Below are positions 41,701 to 53,498 of a stretch of DNA of 64,000 nucleotides, in pieces. A program made the translations under genes and the position numbers. Positions within the stretch are counted from its first letter, which is position 1; every line of letters starts with the position of its first letter. Source of the DNA: an uncultured bacterium (GTDB taxonomy: Bacteria > Actinomycetota > Geothermincolia > Geothermincolales > Geothermincolaceae); the NCBI GenBank assembly GCA_963814495.1, contig CAWFDJ010000011.1:129809-193808 (forward strand), read 5' to 3'. The notes under the pieces are model-generated. The model saw only the letters and a program-made list of their open reading frames with translations. It made no database searches and was not told the origin of the DNA.

Positions 41701-42021
41701 ATGTACCTGGTGGAGGAGGAGCTGTGCACAGGCTGCGGTGTCTGTCAGAGTTCCTGCGACAAGGGAGCCGTGAGCCTCCGGAACGACGTGGCCGTCATCG
41801 ACCAGCAGCGCTGCGGCGAGTGCGGCGGCTGCTACGACACCTGCCCGCAGAACGCCGTCCGGGAGCTGAACGGGGCACGGCGCGTCGCGTCCCTCAAGCG
41901 GCCCATGTACGGCATCGAGAGCCCCTTCCCCTCTGAGGAAGGGGGCGCGGCCCCCGCGCCGCCGGCCGCGCCCGGATTTCTCAAGAAGCTGACCGGACTG
42001 GCGCGCCGGGGCCGGTCCTGA
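41701..42021 (+). CDS. 2x[4Fe-4S] ferredoxin-domain protein
   Basis: CTGCGVCQSSC and CGECGGCYDTCP cluster motifs. Intact 106 aa with an Ala/Pro-rich tail. Confidence 0.8.
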   Translation: MYLVEEELCTGCGVCQSSCDKGAVSLRNDVAVIDQQRCGECGGCYDTCPQNAVRELNGARRVASLKRPMYGIESPFPSEEGGAAPAPPAAPGFLKKLTGLARRGRS

Positions 42022-42046
42022 CCCCGCCTCAGCCGTCCCGGTCGCC

Positions 42047-42628
42047 CTACCAGTTCTCCGCCAGCAGTTCGAAGTAATCCCGGGGGTGGTCGCAGGCCGG
42101 GCACTTGTCGGGGACGTCGCTGCCCTCGTGGACGTAGCCGCAGTTGAGGCAGCGCCAGGTGACCGGCTGGTCCTTCTTGAAGACGGTGCCGGCCTCGAGG
42201 TTGGCCAGCAGGCCCAGGTAGCGCCGCTCGTGCTGCTTCTCGGCCACCGCGATGGACTCGAACACCTTGGCGATATCCTCCAGCCCTTCCTCGCGCGCCA
42301 CCGCGGCGAAGGAGGGGTACATCTCCGTCCACTCGTGGTTCTCGCCGGCCGCCGCCGCCTTGAGGTTGTCGGCGGTGGTGCCGATCACGCCCGCCGGGAA
42401 GGCGGCCGCCACCTCGACGTCGCCGCCCTCCAGGAACTTGAAGAGCCGCTTGGCGTGCTCCTTCTCCTGGTTGGCGGTCTCCTCGAAGACCAGCGACATC
42501 TGCACGTACCCCTCCTTCTTGGCCTTGCTGGCGAAGAAGGTGTAGCGGTTCCTGGCCTGCGACTCACCCGCGAAGGCTGTCAGCAGGTTCACCTCGGTCT
42601 TCGTTCCCTTGACGTTCGGCATCATCAT
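42047..42628 (-). CDS. rbr: rubrerythrin
   Basis: Intact 193 aa. Diiron four-helix motifs (FAGESQARNRY, EKEHAKRLF, AGENHEWTEMY, EKQHERRY) plus C-terminal rubredoxin WRCLNCGYVHEG...CPACDHP. Confidence 0.92.
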   Translation of the reverse strand: MMMPNVKGTKTEVNLLTAFAGESQARNRYTFFASKAKKEGYVQMSLVFEETANQEKEHAKRLFKFLEGGDVEVAAAFPAGVIGTTADNLKAAAAGENHEWTEMYPSFAAVAREEGLEDIAKVFESIAVAEKQHERRYLGLLANLEAGTVFKKDQPVTWRCLNCGYVHEGSDVPDKCPACDHPRDYFELLAENW

Positions 42629-42665
42629 CTCCTTCTTTTTCTCGGTATCACTATTACTACTACTA

Positions 42666-44976
<2,311 letters not shown>

Positions 44977-45002
44977 TTATCGGGAACCGGTCCGCCCGCG
45001 GG

Positions 45003-45744
45003 TCAGCTTACCTCCACGCAGGCCTCGCGGTCGAAGGGGTTGGTGCGCACCGCCAGGGAGAAGAGGTAGGGGTAGTAGTTCTTCAGGTGCTTCATGTATT
45101 GCAGCCACTCGAAGATGAGCAGCTGGAAGGCCCGCCGGATATCGCCCTCGATGTGCCGGAAGTCGGGCTCGCTCAGCTCGCCGAGGTCCTGGCGGAAGGC
45201 CAGTTCCTCCGAGAGGTGGTTGGTGGCCCAGAGCAGGTCGGTGAAGGTGTCGTGCTCCAGCAGGCTGGGGTTCTCCAGCAGCCGCAGGAAGAACTCCCTC
45301 TTCTCCAGGAGGAAGGCCGCAGCTCCACCAGGTCGCCCCGGTCCCGGTCCAGGCGGTAGTCGAAACCCCTGGCCTCGTTGGCCATCCGCTTGAAGTCGGC
45401 GTCCTGCCACTTTCCCGTAGAACTTCAGCTTCGCCGCTATGTCCGCCGGGCATATCCCGAAGGCGATGAACTGCTTGAGCAGGTCCAGGCCCATCTCGCT
45501 GAAGAAGGCCCCGATGACCATGTTCATCTTCTCCATCACCGCGTGCTTCTCGCGCATGCCCAGCATCTGGTCGACGATGAGGGTGACCAGCAGCACCTCC
45601 ACCGGCAGGAAGGCCAGGTCCCCCACCAGGTAGATGTAGATGTGGTGGGCGTCCTGGAAGATGAGATAGTGGACGAAGTAGATGCCCAGGGACAGGAAGA
45701 CCAGGCTCGGCACCGAGCGCTATCAACCAGAAGTGCTTTCTCAT
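45003..45744 (-). CDS. hypothetical membrane-anchored protein (three frame breaks)
   Basis: MRKHFWLIA | ..SLVFLSLGIYFVHYLIFQDAHHIYIYLVGDLAFLPVEVLLVTLIVDQML...KLKFYGK | WQDADFKRMANEARGFDYRLDRDRGDLVEL | AAFLLEKREFFLRLLENPSLLEHDTFTDLLWATNHL. Breaks near 45715, 45405 and 45320. No family recognised. Confidence 0.5.
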
Positions 45745-45771
45745 GCCCACATTATAATCGCCCCGGCCCCC

Positions 45772-46332
45772 TCACGCGATGCCCATGATCATGGCCAGGC
45801 CGAAGACGATGAAGATGACCCCGGCGATCTTGTGGATCACGTCCATGGGGACCCACCGGGTGAGCTGGCTGCCCAGCCCCACCGCCAGCAGCGAGGAGGC
45901 CCAGAGGGCCAGGGTGCCCCCGAGGAAGACGGAGGCCGGCGCGCCGTACCGGGCCGTCAGGGCCACCAGGGTGAGCTGGGTCTTGTCCCCCAGCTCCATC
46001 AGCAGGACCAGGCCGAACACCTTCCAGAAGGACCCGCCGCCCTCGCCGCCCTCCCCGGCGCCCCCGGCCTTCTCCAGGATGGAGAGGATGCCGAAGACCA
46101 CCATCAGCCCCCCCGCCACCCACTGCAGCGGCCGCAGGGGCACGAAATGGTAGACGAAGGCCCCCACCCCCACCGCCACCAGGTCCAGGAGGAAGAAGGC
46201 GGAGAAGGCGCCGGCCAGCACCGTCCGCGCCCGCGACCGGGCCGCGAGGGTGAGCACGATGATCTGGGTCTTGTCTCCCAGCTCGGCCAGGAAGACCAGG
46301 CCGAACACGGCGAAGATGATCTCTGCTGACAT
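45772..46332 (-). CDS. UPF0016 / GDT1 (TMEM165)-family cation (Ca2+/Mn2+) transporter
   Basis: Intact 186 aa with the two signature E-x-G-D-K-T motifs (FLAELGDKTQI and LMELGDKTQL) in two homologous 3-TM halves. Confidence 0.88.
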   Translation of the reverse strand: MSAEIIFAVFGLVFLAELGDKTQIIVLTLAARSRARTVLAGAFSAFFLLDLVAVGVGAFVYHFVPLRPLQWVAGGLMVVFGILSILEKAGGAGEGGEGGGSFWKVFGLVLLMELGDKTQLTLVALTARYGAPASVFLGGTLALWASSLLAVGLGSQLTRWVPMDVIHKIAGVIFIVFGLAMIMGIA

Positions 46333-46402
46333 GATGCTATATTACAACAGCCTCCCGATGCTTATAATAGAACGGGAAACATCTACCAGAGGGCAGGACC
46401 TG

Positions 46403-47419
46403 ATGAGCAAGAGAAAGACCGAACGCCAACTCAACCTGATCGCCGTGTTGCTCGAGGCGCGGGTGCCGGTCACCCTGGAGGAGATACGGGAGAACGTCAG
46501 CGGCTACAAGCAGGACGACCTGAACTCCTTCAAGCGCATGTTCGAGCGGGACAAGCGCGAGCTGAGGGACATGGGCATACCCATCGAGGTGGAGTCGACC
46601 GACCCCTTCGGGGAGGAGCAGGGATACCGCATACCCAAGGACGCTTACTACCTGCCGGAGATAGACTTCGACCCGGACGAGCGGCTGGCCCTGTGGCTGC
46701 TCCACAAGCTGGTCTGGCAGGGGGCCTTCCCCTTCTCCCTGGAGGCCCGCAAGGCGCTGCTCAAGCTGACGCCGGACCTGGGCGCGGCCGGCACGGAGGC
46801 GCTGCCCACCATGGACTGGTGCATCTCGGGAGACGGCCAGGTGGAGGAGCGCCTGTCGGTGCTGCTGCGGGCGGTCATCGACCAGAAGAGGGCGCGGTTC
46901 GACTACCTCTCGCTGCACGACCCGGAGCCCCAGGGGCGGGAGGCCGACCCCTACGGCCTGTTCTTCGAGCACGGCAGCTGGTACCTGGTGGGCTTCTGCC
47001 ACCTGCGCTCGGACATCCGGTGCTTCCGGGTGTCCCGCATGCGCGGCGAGGTGGAGATACCCGAGGCCAGGTCCAAGGCGCCCGATTTCGAGCGGCCGCC
47101 GGGCTTCCGGGTGCGCGACTATTCCGCCAAGCCGCCCTGGCAGTTCGAGGACGGGCCCGAGTTCAAGGTGACCATGCGCTTCTCCCCCAAGCTGGCCTGG
47201 TGGGTGGAGGAGAACGTGGCCTCCTACGGCTACGCCTTCAAGCGGCAGAAGGACGGGGGCGGCACCCTCACCCTGAAGGCCAGGAGCCGGGACACCTTGC
47301 TGGCCTGGGCCCTCTCCTTCGGGGAGGACGCGGAGATACTCGGCCCTCCCCAGCTGCGGGAGGCCATGCGCTCCAGGCTCAAGGAGATCAAGTCGGCGCT
47401 CAGCCAGAGGAAGGGATAG
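46403..47419 (+). CDS. HTH-WYL-WCX transcriptional regulator (PafB-like)
   Basis: Intact 338 aa. N-terminal wHTH (RQLNLIAVLLEARVPVTLEEIRENV), WYL domain (EADPYGLFFEHGSWYLVGFCHLRSDIRCFRVSRM), C-terminal extension. Confidence 0.85.
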   Translation: MSKRKTERQLNLIAVLLEARVPVTLEEIRENVSGYKQDDLNSFKRMFERDKRELRDMGIPIEVESTDPFGEEQGYRIPKDAYYLPEIDFDPDERLALWLLHKLVWQGAFPFSLEARKALLKLTPDLGAAGTEALPTMDWCISGDGQVEERLSVLLRAVIDQKRARFDYLSLHDPEPQGREADPYGLFFEHGSWYLVGFCHLRSDIRCFRVSRMRGEVEIPEARSKAPDFERPPGFRVRDYSAKPPWQFEDGPEFKVTMRFSPKLAWWVEENVASYGYAFKRQKDGGGTLTLKARSRDTLLAWALSFGEDAEILGPPQLREAMRSRLKEIKSALSQRKG

Positions 47420-47421
47420 GC

Positions 47422-48396
47422 ATGGCCAGGACCGATTCACAGATCTACAGGCTGCTCAACCTGATCCCGTACATCGTGCAGCGCCCCGGGGTCAAGGTGG
47501 ACGAGATCTGCCGGGTCTTCCGCATCGCCCGCAGCGACCTGGTCAAGGAACTGGACCTGATCAACATGTGCGGCAAGCCGGAGTACACCCCCGGCGACCT
47601 CATCGAGGTGGTCTTCGAGGGCGAGAGCATCTTCATCCACATGGCCGACTACTTCTCCCGCCCCTTCCGGTTCACCGCCAGCGAGCTGATATCGCTGTAC
47701 CTGGCCGGCCGGTCGCTGTCCGACCTGGCGGGCCTGAAGGAGGCGGCCACCTTCCAGTCGGCCCTGGCCAAGCTGGAGAAGGCGCTGCTCTCGGGGGAGA
47801 AGGCGGGCCTCGAGACCATGGTGGACACGGTGGTCATCCGCCCGGACCACCCCGACCAGCCCAGGCTGCAGCTGCTGCGGCAGGCCATGGACGAGCGGCG
47901 CCAGGTGGAGATGGACTACTACAGCTCCGGCCGGGACGTGCTCACCAGCCGCCGCCTCAACCCCCTCAACCTGCTCTTCGGCTCGGGCAACTGGTACCTT
48001 CTGGGCTGGGACCACCTCTCGGGCGAGAACCGCCTCTTCCGGGTGGACCGCATCCGGGACATCAAGCTGCTCGCAAAGAAGTTCAAGCCGGAGGAGTTCA
48101 TGGCGCGGGAGGGCTGGAAGGGGTTTCCCGTCGACCCGTCGAGGTTCTCGGGGCGGCAGGTCCGCCTGCGCTTCGCCCCCTTCTACGCCAACTGGGTCAT
48201 GGAACAGGACATGTTCTCCAGGAAGAAGAGGGAGAAGGACGGGTCGGTGCTGTGCACCCTCTACGCCGAGAACCTGGCCTGGCTGGAGAAGGAGCTGCTC
48301 CGTTACGGCACCGAGGTGGAGATCCTGGAGCCCGAGGAACTGCGGAGGGACGTCTTGAGGAGGGTCAACAACCTGCTGAAGATGTACGCCGATTGA
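47422..48396 (+). CDS. HTH-WYL-WCX transcriptional regulator (PafC-like)
   Basis: Intact 324 aa, ATG 3 nt after the previous stop. RLLNLIPYIVQRPGVKVDEICRVFRI, RLNPLNLLFGSGNWYLLGWDHLSGENRLFRVDRI. Confidence 0.85.
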   Translation: MARTDSQIYRLLNLIPYIVQRPGVKVDEICRVFRIARSDLVKELDLINMCGKPEYTPGDLIEVVFEGESIFIHMADYFSRPFRFTASELISLYLAGRSLSDLAGLKEAATFQSALAKLEKALLSGEKAGLETMVDTVVIRPDHPDQPRLQLLRQAMDERRQVEMDYYSSGRDVLTSRRLNPLNLLFGSGNWYLLGWDHLSGENRLFRVDRIRDIKLLAKKFKPEEFMAREGWKGFPVDPSRFSGRQVRLRFAPFYANWVMEQDMFSRKKREKDGSVLCTLYAENLAWLEKELLRYGTEVEILEPEELRRDVLRRVNNLLKMYAD

Positions 48397-48407
48397 GACC
48401 TGGCCGG

Positions 48408-48656
48408 TCAGGGCCTGCGCTTGAGGTAGCTCTGCTGGAAGCGGTCCAGGGTCATGCCCTCCAGGTCGCCCTTGATCTCTTTCTCCATGCGCCGGGCGCG
48501 GTCCAGGTCGTGGAACCTCTCTCCGTAGACGATGCGCTGGGTGCGGAAATCCCAGATCTCGACCAGGAAGCCTTCCCCGAAGTCGGCATCCACAAAGCCC
48601 TTGCTGATGCGCACCTTGTAGATGTCCTTGGCCGTGTAACCGGTTTCCTTACTCAT
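48408..48656 (-). CDS. hypothetical small protein (82 aa)
   Basis: MSKETGYTAKDIYKVRISKGFVDADFGEGFLVEIWDFRTQRIVYGERFHDLDRARRMEKEIKGDLEGMTLDRFQQSYLKRRP. Start chosen at the internal ATG; the longer ORF to 48734 is less plausible. Confidence 0.5.
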   Translation of the reverse strand: MSKETGYTAKDIYKVRISKGFVDADFGEGFLVEIWDFRTQRIVYGERFHDLDRARRMEKEIKGDLEGMTLDRFQQSYLKRRP

Positions 48657-48750
48657 ACTCTCCAATCCGCCCGGCGTTCCGCTTTCGCTCCCCCGGAAGC
48701 CGTTTTTCCTTCCGAACGCCGTAGATTCTATCATTTTTAGGCTGAAATCT

Positions 48751-48837
48751 CAAAACCGGCGCGGGTGTTGGCCCCTTGTCTACGCGTGTTTCCGGGCCGG
48801 AGCACAAAACCGGCGTCGGTTATTGCCCGTTGTCCAC
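48751..48837. promoter_or_regulatory. two imperfect 33-bp direct repeats, 54-bp period, in a divergent promoter region (candidate operator), with TATGAT -10 at 48844-48849
   Basis: CAAAACCGGCGCGGGTGTTGGCCCCTTGTCTAC (48751-48783) versus CAAAACCGGCGTCGGTTATTGCCCGTTGTCCAC (48805-48837), 26 of 33 identical by hand alignment. Confidence 0.5.
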
Positions 48838-48858
48838 TTATGCTATGATTTTCAGGAG

Positions 48859-49697
48859 ATGAGACGGAGAACAGCCCCGAGTAAACAGCAAAAACCCGGA
48901 CGGGCCCGCGTGGCCCGCGCCGCGGCGCTCCTCCTCCCGGCCCTGCTCCTCGCCGCCGCCTTCACGGGCTGCGGGGAGATGAGCCAGGAAGAGTACTCCA
49001 ATGCCGTCTGGGAGATAAACGGGGACTTCGGGAACGAAGCCACCTCGCTCTTCGCCCAGCTCGGAAAGGAAGAGATGGGAGCGGAGTTGAAAGGAGGACG
49101 CCATCCAGGGGCTGGAGGCCGCGCAGCGGCTGCAGCGGATCTTCTCGGATTCCCTCAAGGAGCTGGAGAAGCTCAAGCCGCCGGGCGACCTGCAGGGCCT
49201 CCACGCCGAGCTCCTCGATTTCTACAGGGAGAGGCCAGGTCCTGATGGAAGACTACGCCGCCGCCTTCGACCACCTCTACAACGTCTCCTCCATCCTGGA
49301 CGGGTTCTTCAACCAGGGAATGGAGATATTCAAGGTGGGAGTGCTGGAGAGCCCCGAGGCGGATCTCCTGGCGGCCATAGACAAGGACATCGCCAGGGTG
49401 GAGGCGTCCATAAGCGACCTGAAGGACGAGGCCGCCGGGGAGGAGATGGCCGCCTTCGACGACTACTTCATCCGGTTCTTCTCGGGCTTGCGGGACATCC
49501 TTCAGAAGGAGAAGAGCGCCATCCTCGCCGGTGACGCCGGGGCGCGGGCCAGGCTCAACTCCGAGCTCACGGAGCACTTCTCCTCCTTCCTCCAGTCGGA
49601 CTCGGGCGGGCTCCCGGGCTTCAGCGAGCTGGCCGACCGGCTCCTGCTGCTGAACGAGGAGTTCCATCAGCTCAACTCCGAGATAAACAACCTGTAG
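48859..49697 (+). CDS. hypothetical lipoprotein (two frame breaks)
   Basis: MRRRTAPSKQQKPGRARVARAAALLLPALLLAAAFTGCG lipobox. ...LGKEEMGAELK | EDAIQGLEAAQRLQRIFSDSLKELEKLKPPGDLQGLHAELLDFY.. | MEDYAAAFDHLYNVSSILDGFF.... Breaks near 49095 and 49240. Confidence 0.6.
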
Positions 49698-49730
49698 CCC
49701 CGGTCACCGAACGGCCCGGAAGGGAGAGAG

Positions 49731-51220
49731 ATGAACGTACCGGATGCCCAGGCAGCAGTGGAGGCCCTCTTCAACCCGCGCAGCATCACCATCCTCGGCG
49801 CCTCCGAGTCCTACAACAAGTGGGGCAACATCATCCCCGGCAACATCCTGGGTGGCGGCTACCAGGGCCAGCTCTACCTGGTGAACCCGCGGGGCGGCAC
49901 CATCCACGGCAGGCCCGTCTACCGGAGCGTGGAGGAGATACCCGACCGGCTGGACCTGGTGATGATGACCATCCCGGCCGAGAAGGCCGAGGGTATGTTC
50001 GAGGCCTGCGGGCGGGCGGGGGCCAAGGTGGCCATCGTCATCTCCGGGGGCTTCAGCGAGTCCAGCCCGGAGGGCAGGGAGCTGGAGGGCAGGATGGTCG
50101 AGCGCGCCCACGCCAGCGGCCTGCGCGTCGTCGGCCCCAACACCATGGGGATCTACACGTCGCCCCACAGCCTGACGGCGCTGATGCCCCCGGTGCGGCC
50201 CATCCCCGGCAGCATCGCCTTCGCCGCCCAGAGCGGCAATCTGGGCACCCAGATGCTGGGCTTCGGGGCCTACCGGGGAGTGGGTTTCTCGCGCTTCGTC
50301 TGCATCGGCAACGAGTGCGATCTGGACTTCGTGGACTACCTGGAATATTTCGCCCGGGACGAGGCCAGACCCGGGTCATCCTCCTCTACGTGGAGGGGTT
50401 CAAGGACCCCCGCCGCTTCTTCGACGCGGCCCGGGAGATCAGCGCCTCCAAGCCCATCGTCATCTACAAGGCGGCCGGCACCGGCGCCGGGAGTACCGCC
50501 GCCGCTTCCCACAGCGCGGCCATGGCCGGGAGCCGGGAGATCTACGAGGGGATGATCGGCCAGCTGGGCCTGGCCCACGCCACCACCACCGAGGAGATGC
50601 TGGACATCTCCGACGCCCTGGTGAAGATGCCCCTGCCCCGGGGCAACCGGGTGGCCATCCTCACCTGGGGCGGCGGTTGGGGCGTGGTCACCGCGGACCT
50701 CTGCGAGCGCGAGGGGCTGTCGGTGGACCCGCTGCCGGAAGGTATCAAGCGGAGGTTCTCGGAGTTGCTCCCGTCCTACTGGAGCAAGGGCAACCCCGTC
50801 GACCTGGTGGGGGTCTTCGACATCGAGTCCCACGTCCAGTGCCTGAAGGAGCTGGCGGCGAGCGACGCCTACGACGCCGTCATCTCCCTGGGCACGGTCA
50901 ACGCCAACGTCTCCTTCCGGGAGATGATGGAGAGCGAGTTCTCCAACCTGGACGACGAGGCGCGAGCGGCGGGACGCCGGCACATGCAGGCCATGACCGA
51001 GATGTTCATGAGCACCCTCATCGAGCTCATCGCCGAGTACGGCAAGCCCATCCTCACCGTGGGCATGCCCCAGCGGGACGACGAGATGAGCAAGCTCCCC
51101 GAGGGCCACCGGCAGGTCTGCATCTACTCCACGCCGGAGCGGGCGGTGCGGGTGATGAGCAGCCTGGTGGCCCGGGGCGAGTACCTGCGGGGGGCCGGGC
51201 GGGCGCGGGACGCCGGCTGA
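49731..51220 (+). CDS. ADP-forming acyl-CoA synthetase alpha-type subunit (CoA-binding plus CoA-ligase domains), one frame break near 50365
   Basis: LFNPRSITILGASES..KWG, VYRSVEEIPDRLDLVMMTIP, AIVISGGFSE, RVVGPNTMG, FAAQSGNLG, FVCIGNECDLDFVDYLEYFARDE | ..TRVILLYVEGFKDPRRF...KPIVIYKAAGT...SHSAAMAGS. Confidence 0.8.
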
Positions 51221-51221
51221 G

Positions 51222-52036
51222 ATGCTGTGGTACCAGGCCCTGGTGCTGGGGGCGGTGCAGGGGCTGACGGAGTTCTGGCCCGATCTCGTCCTCCGCCCAC
51301 TTTGGCCCTGCTGCTATGGCTGACCGGCTGGGGCGAGCCGCAGCTCTCCTTCAACCTGGCCCTGCACGCCGGGACCCTCCTGGCGGTGATCATCTACTTC
51401 CGCCGCACCGTGCTGAGGCTGCTGGCGGCGGCCTGGCGCATGGTCGTGGAGAGGAAGGTGGGCGACGACCGGGACCGCGTGATGGTGTCATACCTGTTCG
51501 TCGCCACCCTGCCCGCCCTGCTGCTCGGGGCGTTCGCCGGCGAGTCGGCCGACATGATGGACTCCATGCCCCTGCTGATCATCCTGGTCATGCTGTTCTT
51601 CAGCTTCGTCTTGTGGTGGGTGGACCGCTCCGCCCGCCTCGAACTCGACGCCGTGGACCTGGGCTGGAGGGGCAGCCTGGTCACCGGCATCTTCCAGGTC
51701 TTCGCCATGGTGCCGGGGGTCTCCCGCTCGGGGGCCACCATCTCCGCCGGCCTGCTCCAGGGGTTGAAGAGGGAGGAGGCGGTGGAGTTCGCCTTCCTGC
51801 TGTCCATCCCCACCATCGGGGCGGCCTTCGCCTATTCCTGCCTGAAGATGGCGGAGGAAGGGGTGCCCGCGGGGATGCTCTCGCCCATGCTCATCGGCAC
51901 GGCCACCTCCTTCATCACCGGGCTCTTCGCCATCGGTTTCCTGCTGCGCTGGGTGAGGACGAAGGACTTCACGCCCTTCATCATCTACCGCATCGCGCTG
52001 GCTTCGGCCCTGCTGGTGGTCTACTTCGCCAGGTAA
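51222..52036 (+). CDS. uppP: undecaprenyl-diphosphate phosphatase, two frame breaks near 51281 and 51299
   Basis: MLWYQALVLGAVQGLTEFWP | ISSSAH | LALLLWLTGW...FNLALHAGTLLAVIIYF...VPGVSRSGATISAGLL...EFAFLLSIP. Confidence 0.88.
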
Positions 52037-53416
52037 CGCCAGAGGTTGAGCGCGCTGTCCGCGGCCATCTCGGTGCCCACGCCGCGCCCGCCCACGTCCG
52101 CTCCCACCAGGTAGAGGTTGTCCACCGGCGTTTCGTTCCCGGGCCGGTTCTTCCCCACCTGGAAGCGGTTCTGGGCGACCCCGATGACCTCGCCGGTCTT
52201 GCGGCCGGAGATGTTGGCGTTGTACCGGGTGTTGGTGCGCAGCTTCCAGACCACGTGCTCCTCGATGTCCGGGAAGAGGTACTGCATGGTGGCCTCGATC
52301 TTGTCGAGGACCTCCTCGCAGGCGGCGTCGGCCTCCGCCGGGTCGTCCAGGTTCGGGGACGTCGGCGCGCCGGCCAGCACCAGCTGGCAGCCGGGAGGGG
52401 CCAGGGAGGGGTCGGCGGCCGAGGGCACCGGGAAGAAGATGCCCACCTGCCTGTCCAGCAGGTCGAAGGGGGGGAAGTAGTAGTTGAGGTGCGGTTTGAC
52501 CACCTCGGCGTCGAGGGCGTACTTGACGCTGACCGCGGCCAGCGAGAGGCGCAGGTTGTCCACCGTCTTGCAGGTAGTCGTCGGGGAAGTTGTGGCGCCC
52601 GGCCAGCTCCACCGACTCCTTGATGCCGTTGTTGCTGATGATGATGTCGGCCCCGATGATCTCCCCGGACGCGGTCTCCACCCCGGTGGCCTTGCCGCCC
52701 TCCACGATGATGCGCTTGACCATCGGCGTCGAGTAGCGGACCTCGCCGCCCATCCGCTCCAGGGCGTCCAGGTAGTCCCGGGCCATGGCGCCCATCCCGC
52801 CGATGGGATAGGAGAGGTTCTTTTCCTGGATCTGCTCGGAGAAGCAGAGGATGAACTCCCCGGTGGACGCCTGCCTGGGGGCGATCACCAGGTACATGCC
52901 GATGAACCCGGATACCAGCACGAAGAACTGGGGGTCCGAGGTGAACCGCGTGAGGTAATCGGACAGGGGATAGGAGTCGAGCTCCTTCATCTCCTCCGCG
53001 GTGCGGGGTTTCCTGATGTCCTGGAAGAAGGCCTTCGCTCCCTCGCGGTTCTCGGGCAGCACGCCCAGTTCTTCGAAGACCCGTTCCAGCTCGGCATCGT
53101 CGTCCATGTCCTGGGTGAGGCAGGCGCGCTTCCCGCCCACGTCCACGTGCATGGCCGGCTCCAGCACCTTGAAATGAAGGTCTCCCCCCACCTCGCGGCT
53201 GATCTCGCCCAGCGGGCCCTTCTCGCCCCGGGCCACCCAGTGCACCCCGGTGTCGTAGACGAAGCCTTCGCGCTCGAAGCTGGCGGCCTTGCCGCCGGGG
53301 AAATCGTTCCGCTCCAGCACGAGTACCTTCGCGCCCTCCTTGGCCAGCAGGGCCGCTACTCCCGCCCCGCCGATGCCCGTGCCGATCACGATGACGCTCT
53401 TGTCTCTTAAGCCCAT
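52021..53416 (-). CDS. FAD-dependent oxidoreductase, phytoene-desaturase (CrtI)-like, paralog A (one frame break near 52570)
   Basis: MGLRDKSVIVIGTGIGGAGVAALLAKEGAKVLVLERNDFPGGKA...PDDYL | KTVDNLRLSLAAVSVKYALD...LYLVGADVGGRGVGTEMAADSALNLW. The 3' end overlaps the uppP 3' end by 16 nt. Confidence 0.8.
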
Positions 53417-53498
53417 GCCCTCAGTGACACCCCCCTGAAGATAAGGAGCCCGGCGCGCCGGGCTCACGTAGATCCGCTGCCATCCGGCCGGGCCGGCA

